The notes beneath the pieces are model-generated. The model was given only the letters and a program-made list of their open reading frames with translations, ran no database searches and had not been told where the DNA came from. A stretch of DNA of 64,000 bases from Octopus vulgaris (taxonomy: Eukaryota): the NCBI GenBank assembly GCA_951406725.2, contig OX597816.1, positions 65,658,001 to 65,722,000 of the forward strand, in the 5' to 3' direction. How positions within the stretch are numbered: the stretch's first letter is position 1; every line of letters begins with the position of its first letter. Made by a program: the position numbers and the translations under genes. This document shows, in pieces, positions 38,754-52,500 of the stretch.

Positions 38754-39125
38754 GGAGGTGCAATGGCCCAGTGGTTAGGGCAGCGGACTCGCGGTTTTGA
38801 TTACCAGACCGGGCGTTGTGTGTGTTTATTGAGCGAAAACACCTAAAGCTCCATGAGGCTCTGGCAGGGGATGGTGGCAACCCCTGTTGTACTCTTTTGC
38901 TCCAACTTTCTCATACTCTTTCTTCCTGTTTCTTGTCCCCGACTTCCTACACAACCGCTGAGCCTGGATGCACATTCATCCATCCGTCGATGCTCTCGGT
39001 GTCAGGGGTTGACCTGCTTCCTCTTCTGTGGGTTTTACGAATAGCAAAGGACCACGTTTCGGACTTCTCCCACTCTGGGACAAAGACCGCTTCGCTCAAC
39101 AAACAAACAAACTACAACAACAACA
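38754..39125 (+). mobile_element. SINE family C (tail variant 1)
   Basis: Same head and tail as 7263-7636. Confidence 0.85.
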
Positions 39126-39202
39126 ATAAATCATAGAAGGTCATACGGTTAGTAAGAGATTTATATCTACTTTTTAGTTGTGAGAAGAGTGCAACAGGCA
39201 AG

Positions 39203-39879
39203 ATGGCAACCCATGGTAAATGTGGATTTAAAAGAGAAATACTTGGAGGGGAAAATAAGATCATATCTTATATATCTTATGTCTTTTACTTCTTTCGGTC
39301 ATTGGACTGTAGTCATGCTGAGGTACTGTAAACAGATCAACCGCATTGTTAATTGTTAAGTCTTGTACTTATTCCATACATGCACACACACATACACTCA
39401 TATCTTATCCTCTCTCTCTCTCTAACCAAATTACCCATGTAACTCCTCTACAGTAAGACACCTCTTCCTGTCCCTCTATATAGATTCTAAAACTCTTCTC
39501 AACTGACACAAACCCACCTCCCTCAATACTACCCCCCTTCAGTTGATATCTCTAGTTAGATATTTGATGACCTCACAGCTACTGGAATCATGTAAAATTC
39601 ATCCAGTAGACTCTATAAAATGGTTGATGCTAGGAAGGGCATCCAGCCATAGAAACCATGTCAAAGCAGACAGTAGACCTTGACATAGACTTCTGACTTG
39701 TCAGCTCCAGTCAAACCATCCAACCCATGCCAGCAGGAAAGGAGGATGTTACATGATGATGATAATGATGATGATGATGATGATGATAATGATGATGATG
39801 GTGATGATGATGATGATGATGGTGATGGTGATGGTGATGGTGATAATGATGGTGGTGATGGTGATGATGATGGTGATGA

Positions 39880-39915
<36 letters not shown>

Positions 39916-42892
39916 TGATGATGATGATGATGATGATGATGGTGATGATGATGTATAACAGGCTTCTTTCAGTTTCTGTTTACCAAATCCACTCACAAAA
40001 CTTTGACTGACCCAAAGTGTAGTACAAAACACAGTCCAAGCCATACCTGTATGTATGGTAGGAGGACATTAAATGAGGAGGATGAGAAAGATAATTGACA
40101 AGATTCATTCAGTTTCTGTCTACCAAATCCTCTCAGAAGGCTTTAATCATCCCAGAGTGCAGTAAAAGACACTTGTCCAATCCATGCCAGCATGGCAAGA
40201 GTATGTTAAATGATGATGATGATGATGATGTAGGACAAGCATTTTCCTATTTTTCTGTCCACCAAATCCACTCACAAGGCTTTGATCGGCCCATAGTATA
40301 GTAGAAGACGCTTGCCCAAGGTGCTGCACAGTGAAATTGAACCCAAGACAGCATAATTGAGAGCGCAAGCTTTTTAACCACATGGCTTCACCTTCACCAA
40401 TAGAATCTTGAAAAACTATTTATAACCGTGTTATTGCTGTGCTGGAGGTTCCGTTTACTGAGTCCACTAAAAGTGGTGTGACATTGATTAGTTATGCTTG
40501 TACAGTAAGTATATAAACATTTTAATAACTGTTTACATGTTTAGTAAGTTTACAATGAACTATATATTCAGAGATGTAACAGCTGCTAACTAGATTGATA
40601 AACATGAGATACATTTACTACTGAACTAACAACAAATGTAATTTCTCTCTCTATCTTCTGGGAAACTAAACTCTTTTGTGTGACTATATTTATAATTAAT
40701 TGATTGCCTGAGCATTTCATTTAATTTGCAATATATTTTATCTTTTATCTGGTATCTGGGATAACCATGCCAGGGCAACATCTTGAATGGTTTAATAGAA
40801 TTAATCAACCACTTTACTAATTTTTGGAGTTTGGTACTTATTCTTTCAATCTCTTATGCCAAACCACTAAGTTAAGGTGAATGTAAACAAACTAACACTG
40901 GTTATGAAGCAATGGGAATAAACACAAGCACAAAGACACACAATGACACATACACACATATTTATATAATGCATGCATGAGGTGGTGTGAAAAAGTTCCT
41001 GGACTAGTTTTGTAGCATGCCAACAGACGGTGGCATGCAGTTGTGTGTGCAGTGAAAGCTAGCATTGACCTTCATGAGGCAGTGTATCAAGTGACATTGC
41101 TGTGTTTACTTTGCAAGTTGTGAAATTTATGTTTTTGTGATCACAGATCTGCTGTAGTCTGAGATGTTTGTCATGGACAGGAACAAAAAGCCAATGTGAA
41201 ATTTTTGCACTAAACTTGGAAAGTCTGCTATAGAGGCATTGAGCATGCTTTGAGGCAATGGACTGTACACAATGTTTTGAGTGGCATGGGTGCTTCAAAA
41301 GCAGAACATCTCTGGAAGACAATGAGTGATCTAGAAGACCTGTCACGAGTGTTGCTCCCAGAAATGTGGTATTATGCATCAAGAATTCATTCCCCGAGGT
41401 CATACCTATTTCTTTACTGCCCACAAGGGTCTATACACAGAGGGGACAAACAAGGACAGACAAACGGATTAAGTCAAATATATCGACCCCAGTGCGTAAC
41501 TGGTACTTATTTAATCGACCCCAAAAGGATGACAGGTAAAGTAGACCTCGGCGGAATTTGAACTCAGAATGTAATGGCAGATGAAATATGGCTACGCATT
41601 TCGCCCAGCATGCTAACATTTCTGCCAGCTCACCGAGGCCATACCATCAATCAAGAGTTCTACTGTAAAAGAACATTCAGTGAAAGCAATCGGATTTGTG
41701 GAGCACAAAGAATTGGATTCTTCACCAAGCTCTCCTCACTCATGAGATTCTTACCAAAAACAACATGATATCATTTCCACACCTTCCCTCTTCACCATAT
41801 TTAGCACCTGCAGATTTCCATGTCTTCCCCAAGATGAAAATACAGCTCAAAGGTTGCTATTTTAACACCACTGTCAAGACCAAGAGCGAATCACAGAAGG
41901 TCCTCCACTCGCGAAAAATGACTTCCAGGCTTTGGAATCTCCTGCAACTCTTCTGGACAGCCTCCATGTTTAAGTTGGTAAATGCTGCTATAATTATTGC
42001 CTTCAGTTCATCTTCAATGTTATAAGGAATTTTTTTGGTCTCTCATTCAACTGCACCCCATACATAATAATCCAAACATCATGACATTGACTGAATGTTT
42101 GATTTTTATCACCCTTGGTACATGTCCTCAGATTACACTGTCCTCAGATTGACACCCAAACACTCTGAAATGTTACTAGTGGAGCTTCCGGTGCAAATGC
42201 CAAGCAGCACAGCATGTCGTTTCCAAATTTCTGGCAAAGTGGATTGCATCATGGTGCTGTTTTTCTCATAGACAGTGCCTTACTGACCCTACTGTACTGT
42301 GTAGTCAACAAAATCAAAAACAAACAATGTACATGCGCATGTTGATATTACATCGAATCCAACAAGCTTCCACACAGTTTCTTATTTCTTTATTGCCCAC
42401 AAGGGGCTAAACATAGAGGAGACAAACAAGGACAGACAAAGAGATTAAGTCAATTACATCGACCCCAGTGCACAACTGGTACTTAATTTATTGACCCCAA
42501 AAGGATGAAAGGCAAAGTCGACCTCAGCAGAATTTGATCTCAGAACGTAATAGCAGACAAAATACAGCTAAGCATTTCGCCTTGCGTGCTAATGTTTCTG
42601 CCAACATAGTTCACTTATGAGGCATCAGTTGGTTCATGCTATTGTTGAAGACACCCACTTAAGGTGTCATACAGTGGGATTGAACCTGAAACCACACTGT
42701 TGCAAAGCAAGCTTCTTTACCACACATAACGCAGGAGTGGCTTTGTGGTAAGTAGCTTGCTAACCAACCACATGGTTCCGGGTTCAGTCCCACTGCGTGG
42801 CACCTTGGGCAAGTGTCTTCTGCTATAGCCCCGGGCCGACCAATGCCTTGTGAGTGGATTTGGTAGACGGAAACTGAAAGAAGCCTGTCGTA

Positions 42893-42934
<42 letters not shown>

Positions 42935-45634
42935 TGTATGTGTATATGTTTGTGTGTCTGTGTTTGTCCCCCTAGCATTGCTTGACAACCGATGCTGGTG
43001 TGTTTACGTCCCCGTCACTTAGCGGTTCAGCAAAAGAGACCGATAGAATAAGTACTGGGCTTACAAAGAATAAGTCCCGGGGTCGATTTGCTCGACTAAA
43101 GGTGGTGCTCCAGCATGGCCGCAGTCAAATGACTGAAACAAGTAAAAGAGTAAAAGAGTAAGAGTATAACATATAATCAATATTTTGGAAGGGTTTAGTA
43201 AAATATCTGTAATTTTATACATTAATAGGTGCCAAAGTATCAGACTCATTAGAATGTTGGATAAAATGCTTTGCAGTATTTTTTTGTCCCAATTCCTTGA
43301 TTCAAATTCTGCTAAGGTCAACTTAGTCATTCATCCTTTGAAGGTCAATAATGCACCAATCCAAGACAGTGGATTGGTAGAATTGTTAGCATGTTCGGCA
43401 GTCTATGGAATATATTTTCATATATGAAGGATGTGACAATCCACAGTAAAACGTTGCAAGAGTGCCAGTTTGTGAAGGCTGTAGCATAATCATAAATCAG
43501 GGAAAATAATCATTACATTCCACTTCTATCTGGAAACCTGGATATGAAATTTGACTAAATAAACTTCAACTGGAGCCTGCCTTACAAGATTTGTTGTTAA
43601 AACTACTGAGTATGAAGCATCTCCATGTAAATTTTGTTGAATTCCAAGGTTTTTTTAATGTGTTCAACCTTTATCAATATTGTATTAATATTACTTTATC
43701 TGTGGAGGCACAATGGCCCAGTGGTTAGGGCAGCGGACTCGCGGTCAGAGGATCGCAGTTTCGATTCCCAAACCAGGCGTTGTGTGTGTTTATTGAGCAA
43801 AAACACCTAAAGCACCACGAGGCTCTGGCAGGGGGTGGTGGCAACCCCTGTGGTACTCTTTTACCCCAACTTTCTCTCACTCTTTCTTCCTGTTTCTTGA
43901 GTAATGCTGCGATGGATTGGAGTCCTGTCCAGCTGGGGGGGGGGCACAGATGCCATAGAAACCGGGAAACTGGGCCCATGAGGCTGGCTAGGCTTGAAAA
44001 GGGTACATAAATAAATAAATAATTACTTTATCCAAAGGCAGCAAGCTGGAAAAATTAGCTCACTGGGACAAATGCTTACCAGCATTTTGTCCACCTTTAT
44101 GTTTTGAGTTCAAATTCTACTGAGGTCAACTTTGCCTTCCATCATTTTGGATCTGATGAAATAAGAAACAGTTGAGCACAGGATTCGATGTAATTGATTT
44201 ACCTTCTTTCCTGAAATTGCTGGCCCTGTGCCAAAATTTAAAACCAATATTATTTTATCCAAGACTGTTATACATACACTAATCAATATGAAAGGCATCA
44301 TAGTTTCTTTAGTGAATGTTTTGTTTAATGAAATTTACCCATTTACAGTGGAAACAGATGCTTCTCGTGACATGATTGTTGCTACTTTAAATGAAGATGG
44401 ATGACCTGTTGTATTCTTTTCAAGTACATTGATTGATGCAGAATGTGTCAGCATTGTGCTGTAGAAAAATGAAGCATATCTGATTATTGAATCTATAAGA
44501 AAATGGCAGCCTTATCTTGTTGGTAAACATTTTGCTGACCAGAAATTATTGTATATGCATTGCTCACTAAGAACAGTGATAAAATTTTAAATGAATAAAT
44601 TATGCAAGAAAAAGATGAGCTAATATCATTTTCCTAAACTATTCAACATTACTACTGGTGTCGTGCTTAGAATAACATGCAACAGTATTCTTCTTCTAAA
44701 TTCTATGAATTGCACAAAATCTTTCTGTCATCCTGATATTATTGGGTAAAGATAAGGTAGCAAGCTGACTGAATCATTATTGCATTAGGCAAAATGCTTA
44801 GTGGTATTTCTTCTGACCCTTTATGTTCTGAGTTCAAATTCTGCCGAGGTCGATTTTGCCTTTCATCCTTTCAGGGTTGATAAAATAACTATCAGTTAGG
44901 CACCAGGATCAAGTCAATGTAAACAACTAATCTTCTCCCCTCAAAACTAGAAAGGAAAATTATGATTATTATTATTATTTTTATTCAGTACTTTTATTTT
45001 TATAGTGTGCTTTCACTTCACTACTGAGCGCAGCTCTGTGTGCCTTGGATATGTGCTGTGGTTTGTTGTGGTGCTCTTATGGCTACTGTATTGAAAGTGT
45101 TTTGTGTAGGATGTGTGCAGTGCCCAGTAGTGCAATTTTCTGTATGTTATATATATTTGTAAGTCCTGGTGTTTTTTTTATGTATTTGTTTGAATGTTTT
45201 TTTATCATACCTAATGCACCTACTATGATAGGAATTGTTTCTGTTTTTAGATTCCACATTCGAGTTACCTCTATCTCCAGGTCTTTGTATTTTGAAAGTT
45301 TCTCCATTTCTTTTAGAGAAACATTGTCATCTGCTGGTATTGATACATCAGTTAGAAAGCATTTTGTTTCTTCATGATCTCTGACAACTATATCTGGTCT
45401 GTTGGCCTTAATTTCTCTATCTGTGTGTATTGGCATATCCCAGAGTATGGATATCCCAGAGTATAGTTGCTTTCTCATTTTCTGTAACCTTTTCTGGTGT
45501 GTGCCTATACCATCTTTTTTCTGTTGTTATTCCATAATTTTAGTATAGCGTCCAGTGTATGTAGGTCCCAACTCTGTCATGTCTGTGAATATATTCCTTC
45601 TTAGCCAGGACTGGGCAGCCAGAGATTATTGTTA

Positions 45635-45669
<35 letters not shown>

Positions 45670-45696
45670 TATTATTATTATTATTATTATCAGCCC

Positions 45697-45735
<39 letters not shown>

Positions 45736-47906
45736 CATTATAATGAAACAAGTTCATAGAATCATTAGTGAGTGGGCCAAAATGCATAACAGGACAAAAT
45801 GCATAGCAGCATTTTACTGGCTCTTTACATTCTGAGTTCGAATTCTGCCAAGATTGATTTTGCCTTTCATCCTTTCAAGGTTGATAGAATATGTACAAAT
45901 TGAATGCTGGGCTCGGTGTAATCAACTAAGCCCCTCCCTTTGAAATTTCTGGTTTTGTAACAAAACTTGAAACTGTTATTTTAAAGGCAGTGAACTGGCA
46001 GAAGCACAGAATCATTAGCACATTGGACAAATTTCTTAGTGACATTTCGTCTATCTTCATACAGTGAGCTCAAATGCCTCTAAAGGTTGGTTTTGCTTTT
46101 CTTCCTTTTGAGGTTGATATAATCAACTAGTCCCTCCCAACAAAATTTCAGCTCTTGTACCTGCAGTACAAGAAAGAATTATTATTTTAGATTATAATTA
46201 TATTATAGTTATTATTACCATTAGTATCATCAGATGAAAGAATGAGCCTATATGAGCAGAAGACTATGCACAGATATGTTAGTAGAAAGCTCCAAGATGA
46301 TAGTAACATCAAACATCAAAGCAGTTTATCATGGACAAATAGCCAGATTATTACCTCCCACTTTGAAGGGAATGAGTTTGCAATCCAGGAACAGGAAATA
46401 TCAACCAAGTGCCTGATGCACAAACGGTAAAGAGATGCGGGAAAAGCCGTAAAATGTGACATTCAATGCAGACTTAGTGGAGTTCATGCTGAAGATCTCA
46501 CCCACATCAAAAGCAGTTGTCCGAAAATGTCATCACGGTATTATCTACTGATGCAACATGACAGTGTAGCTAGGACACTTTATAATGAAATTCATTGGAG
46601 GGATAATCCCAAGGACAAAGAAATAAAAACCCACAATATGGTAGTAGCCATAGCCACTCATAATGAAACGAAATACTGGTGGAATGTACCAGTGAAGATC
46701 TCAATAAAATGTAAGCACAACAGACCTGATATAATGATTTGGGATAGAGAAGAGAAACTGTATACAGTTGTGGAAATTAGCTGCCCAGTGGATGTTAACA
46801 TAAAGCTTAAAGATCAGTGAAAAAGAGAACACCTATGCTGAACTATTGAGAAATCTACAGTTACTCTATCCAGATTACAAGTTCAGGTTTATACCTGTAA
46901 TTATTGGGACCCTGCCTAAATACCAATCTTGAGAAATTAGGCTTCTCAAAACCAGAAAAGAGAAAGCTAATTCGAGGACTACAGATCCAGTCCATTACTG
47001 GAACTGTAAAAATCTGTAAAGCTTTCCAGAAGTTTATCATTTAAATATATATGAGCATGTCTAAATATGTAACTCTATGCATGAGAATACATACATAAAA
47101 CATACAAATCTGCACATACAAACAAAAATACCCTGTTGTTGGTGTTGAAATTCCAATGAAGGAGCCTTGAATCTAGCTTAGAAACCAGCTCTAACTCTAT
47201 TGGCAAGAAGTCTTGAAATAAAACTGAACAACAACATACATACGTATCTATGTATTAGTGAACACAAACATAATGAAGCTGTTCTTAATTATATATCCTG
47301 ACATTCTTTGTAGAGAAACCAAAATATGACATAGTTGTTAAATATAAAGATGACATTTGTAGCTGCCAAGATCAATATTATATAAACTCTCCATTACCAG
47401 AGGTGAGTGAGAAGTCAACTAATTGTTGCAGTATTTATATGCATTGCCCTCATGTTATCATTTATAAAAATACTAATATATACTGTCACTTAATTGTGTC
47501 CAATGGACTATATGGTCTCTTTGGAATTAAATTATCATTTTAAATCTAGGAAGGAAATTTCTTCTCAAGAAGTTAATTATTCAAGACTTCCTTATATTTC
47601 TTTATTAAATAATCAATTTGAGTATGTGTATTTGCAAATGTGTCAAAAATATAGTGAGAGAGCTGTGACAATAGTGAGATGTGATATTGGGTGAGAAATA
47701 TTCATTACTTTATATGTTGATGGAAAATACAATGGTCTTAATGTTCTACTGATACTTTACACATGCATGTAGACACACACACACACACACACACATGATT
47801 CTATATAAACTTAAGACCTTCAGCCATTACCACTATAATGAATATTTTCAAATACAAAAAAAGGAACAGAATCTAACCTCATTATTTACAACACACACCT
47901 AAAATG

Positions 47907-47940
<34 letters not shown>

Positions 47941-47967
47941 TATACATATACATATATATATATATAC

Positions 47968-48034
<67 letters not shown>

Positions 48035-48039
48035 CATAT

Positions 48040-48079
<40 letters not shown>

Positions 48080-49516
48080 ATATACATATATATATATCTA
48101 ATATATAAAATAGAGATGTGTGTGTATTCACTTTTAATGCGAAAATGGCTTTATATATATATATATATATATACATACACACACACATATATATACAGTG
48201 TGGGGCAGTGAGGATGGACGTTTTGGGAAAATTCACATAATCATTAATTTTAGCTGCAAAAAAATTTTATTGACATCAATGTGTTCGTAATGCATTAGCA
48301 TTTGTCAAAATTGAGTGTGGAAAACAATATCCATCATGTGGTGTCTATTTTCACTGATGCATTTCTGGTGTTCTTGGAAGTTGGCTTTCTATCTCTCCAG
48401 CATTAGTCAATTTGGGCGACTTCCACGTGAATAGCTTCTTTCAAATCATCCAATGTTTGGGGCTTATTTGCATACACAGATGCCTTGAGGTTTCCCCACA
48501 AGAAATAATCATGCATAGAGAAATCAAGGAACTGAGCAGGCCGAAGAATGTCAGCAAACCTGGAAATGAACTGGTCACCAAAGAGAGGGCAAAGAACATC
48601 CATTGATGCTCTGGCTGTGTGAGCCGATGTCTCATCCTGCTGGAACCACACACGTCAAATAGGCATGTGTCTTCATAGTAATTCAGGCACAAAGAAGTTG
48701 TTTATCAACTTGATGTAATGCTCGGAGTTCACAGTAACAACATTTCCATTACTGTCTTCGAAAAAGTAAGGACCAATGACGGCAGCTTTTCCAACAGTGC
48801 ACCAGACTGTCACTTTTGGGTCATGCAGTGGTCTTTTTGTGTAGTTCTCTCAGGTTTTCTAGAGCCCAATAACAACAGTTCTGTTGATTCACCATGCTAT
48901 TGAGATGAATATGAGCTTCGTCACTCATTAACAAAATGAGGTTGTCATTTGCCTCAAAAATTGTTTCCATCTGATGTGTGAAGTTAAGCTGCTGTGCATA
49001 GTCCCATGGTCTCAACAGTTACCCAATGACCAATTTTTACTGGTGGAAATGCAGATTTTTAAAGCAAAATATACCTTACTGATTGATTACTGATGTCAAC
49101 TTCAGAGGAATGCCTCTGAGCAGAGCAATTCAGATGCTGTATCAAAGCTTGTCCAATGCGTTTCACATTTTCTAGGGTCCGTACTGTTCATGGCGCCTCC
49201 ACTGGTCTCCTATTCATTAGTGTATCTCATGTACGAAGTGTATTCACCCAACGTAAGATTGTGTTATGGTGAGAACAGCCTGATTTCAGTGAATGTTGAA
49301 GTGGCACTGAAACTCACACTGAACTGCTGTGACAGACTCATTATTCTTCACGTAACTGCCGTAGGAAAACACGTGATGCTTTATTGTCCACAGTGCCATG
49401 GCTTCACCTGAAAGAAAAAATACTAAGACACCACGAACCAAATGGTACCTGTCGGACATATGTCCCTGGGGTTGAGCAATAGCCATTTCAAAAACATCTG
49501 TCCTCTCAGTCCCACC

Positions 49517-49566
<50 letters not shown>

Positions 49567-52500
49567 AAATAAGCAACAAGGATATCCAGAGGTAATGCGG
49601 TATGATCGTTTCATGCTATTCCATTTAAGGTAGCCAAATGCCTCATCATCTAATTAGTGAGTTGCATGAAATGATCGTACTGCATTACCTCTGGATATCC
49701 TTGTTGCTTATTTTGATTTTAATCACCTTACTTTGAAATTGTATAGAAAATACCATACTAAATTCTGGTGCCTCAACTTAGGTACTATATTCATCTGAAT
49801 CAGTATATATATATATATATATATACATATAATAGGCGCAGGAGTGGCTGTGTGGTAAGTAGCTTGTTTACCAACCACATGGTTCCGGGTTCAGTCCCAC
49901 TGCGTAGCACCTTGGGCAAGTGCCTTCTACAATAGCCTCGGGCCGACCAAAGCTTTGTGAGTGGATTTGGTAGACGGAAACTGAAAGAAGCCTGTCGTTT
50001 ATATGTATATGTATATATATGCGTGTGTGTGTTTGTGTATCTGTGTTTGTCCCCCTAGCATTGCTTGACAACCGATGCCGGTGTGTTTATGTCCCCGTCA
50101 CTTAGCGGTTTGGCAAAAGAGACCGATAGAATAAGTACTGGGCTTACAAAGAATAAGTCCCGGGGTTGAGTTGCTCGACTAAAGGCGGTGCTCCAGCATG
50201 GCCGCAGTCAAATGACTGAAACAAGTAAAAGAGTATAAGAGTATAATACTGTACACTTTGCTTAATACACACACACAAGTAAGCATATTGGAACAAAACC
50301 AGTGGGGAAAATATTATTTAAATACCAAATATAGAGCAAAATGCTATTTTATTGAAGTGAATAAGAACTTCACAAACTGTTACTGCTAGAAATGACAGCC
50401 AAATTCTCTCAACTTCTTACTGTGACAAAAGTCAATGAGGTCTTCAATATACAAAAAGGCTGGATAGCCACAGCTGGAATGTTATTGTTAAGAGGATTTA
50501 CCAAATATCAACAACTACAACTTTGGGGCAGAACGATCATAGACTTTGTCAGTACGTCCCTCACATGAAAACATCATATCTTTCCTCAGTTTTGAGATAT
50601 TAGGCAATGATCCGAGGGCCACTTGGCTGCTGTTTCAAACAGGCCAAGCAGCAATAGAGAAGCTCTCTCTCATTCACTTGTTCATAAAAGTGTACTTTTA
50701 ATAAGTAAAGCTATTCAGATTCTTCTAGATTCTCGCCATCACTGCAGTACTTCACTAACTGAAGTTACAGCAAGGCTGGCCTGCTCTTTAGGTTTATTTA
50801 GGATCTGCACTGCAAACTAACGAGATACTTGCTAATTATGGATTAGCCGATGCAATAAAATGTTGGACAAATGCCTTGTAATATTTAGTTATGTCTTCTT
50901 AAGTTAACATGTTGCTAGGAGGTTCACTGGGATCAACTTTGCTTTTCTGGAATCAATGAAATAAACACCAGTTACAGCGTACTGAAGTCAATCAAGTTGT
51001 ATATGCCTCATACATCATCATCCTCATGTTTTTCCACACATGCTTGGGTTGGCTGTTCAAGCAGTATTCTACAACCAAATGTCCTTCTTGTTCCCACCCT
51101 TACCTATTTTTTCAAATACTTTTTCTCTTTTTACTCTTTTGCTTGTTTCAGTCATCTGACTGCAGCCATGCTGGAGCATCGCCTTTAGTCGAGCAAATCG
51201 ACCCCGGGACTTATTCATTGTAGTACTTATTCTATTGGGCTCATTTTACCAAACCGCTAAGTTATGGGGATGTAAACACATCAGCATTGGTTGTCAAGCG
51301 ATGTTGGGGAACAAACACAGACACGCAAACATATACACACACATGCATATATATATATATACATATATACGACGAGCTTCTTTTCAGTTTCCGTCTACCA
51401 AATTCACTCACAAGGCTTTGGTCAGCCCGGGGCTATAGTAGAAGGCACTTGCCCAAGGTGCCACACAGTGGGACTGAACCCGGAACCATGTGGCTCGTAA
51501 GCAAGCAACTTACCACACAGCCACTCATAAATATATATTATATTTTTATTTTGTATTGTGTTAGTATTTTCATGTTGAAACTCCCACCCCCACCCCACAG
51601 GATATTGTTTTGTAGCTTGTTGGTGATATAAACAGACAGCAAAAAAACATTTTATATACATGAGTTTCTTTTGTGTTACCGCCAATGCCTATTTGTTTTT
51701 TTCATTCAATATATCTTTCCAGTTTTCCTTATAACTCATTTTTATTTTCTGTTCAGTCTATAGATCTCATCTTTCCTTGTCCCCTTTGCCTATGTGTTTT
51801 CATCTATCATGTCCACTTATTTATACCTCATTAGCTTATGTCACTGACATTACCAAATTGAATAATATTGTCAGAAGGTATCAAAATCTTAATGATTTTT
51901 GATTGACAACTGATGAGGGTAGAGCATGTCTGCATTAATTGAGCATCTGCGTTTTCATTGATTCTCTATGTTTCTTTGTTGTCCTCCTATGCTACATCTT
52001 TACTATATACATATTCTGAGTAGGTTTCACCAATTAATTTCACTTACAAACCATTGATCAGAGCAAGGCTACAGTAGAAAACATATACCCATGGTGCCAT
52101 GCAGTGCAATGGAACCCGAAAGCATGTAGTGATGAAGAAAACGTCATAACCATAAAGTTAAGTTTGTGCCTGTATCAGAAATTAGTTATACTGTACTAAT
52201 GATATTTATCTGCAGTTCTAATCCATAGTATCTTATACTGTAAGATAGACTGGATCATAACGAGGCCATTGCTTCATCTCAGTCTTTGTTAGGAATACAA
52301 CAAAATACTGATTATATGATGAGATATGAGCAACAACACATCAGCTAGTTGACTATCAACTTAATCAATTGGCCTGTTTCTGTGACTTTCACAATACTAT
52401 AAAAACTGTTCTAAATAGTTGTGCAACCATATCTTACAAATATTGATGTACTTTTACTGAACTGTTGCTACACACACAGATGTGTGTGTGTGTGTGTGTG

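Noticed and set aside
39661-40044. Poly-Ser, poly-Asp and poly-Met ORFs
   Set aside because: They come from the expanded (GAT)n tail of a SINE-like element.
40449-40510. Donor-like ACA|GTAAGT exon
   Set aside because: Weak acceptor, and including it would put a stop in the candidate ORF.
49625-49670. A functional rRNA gene or an R2 element insertion
   Set aside because: Only 46 nt match 28S; no further rDNA or R2 ORF is adjacent.
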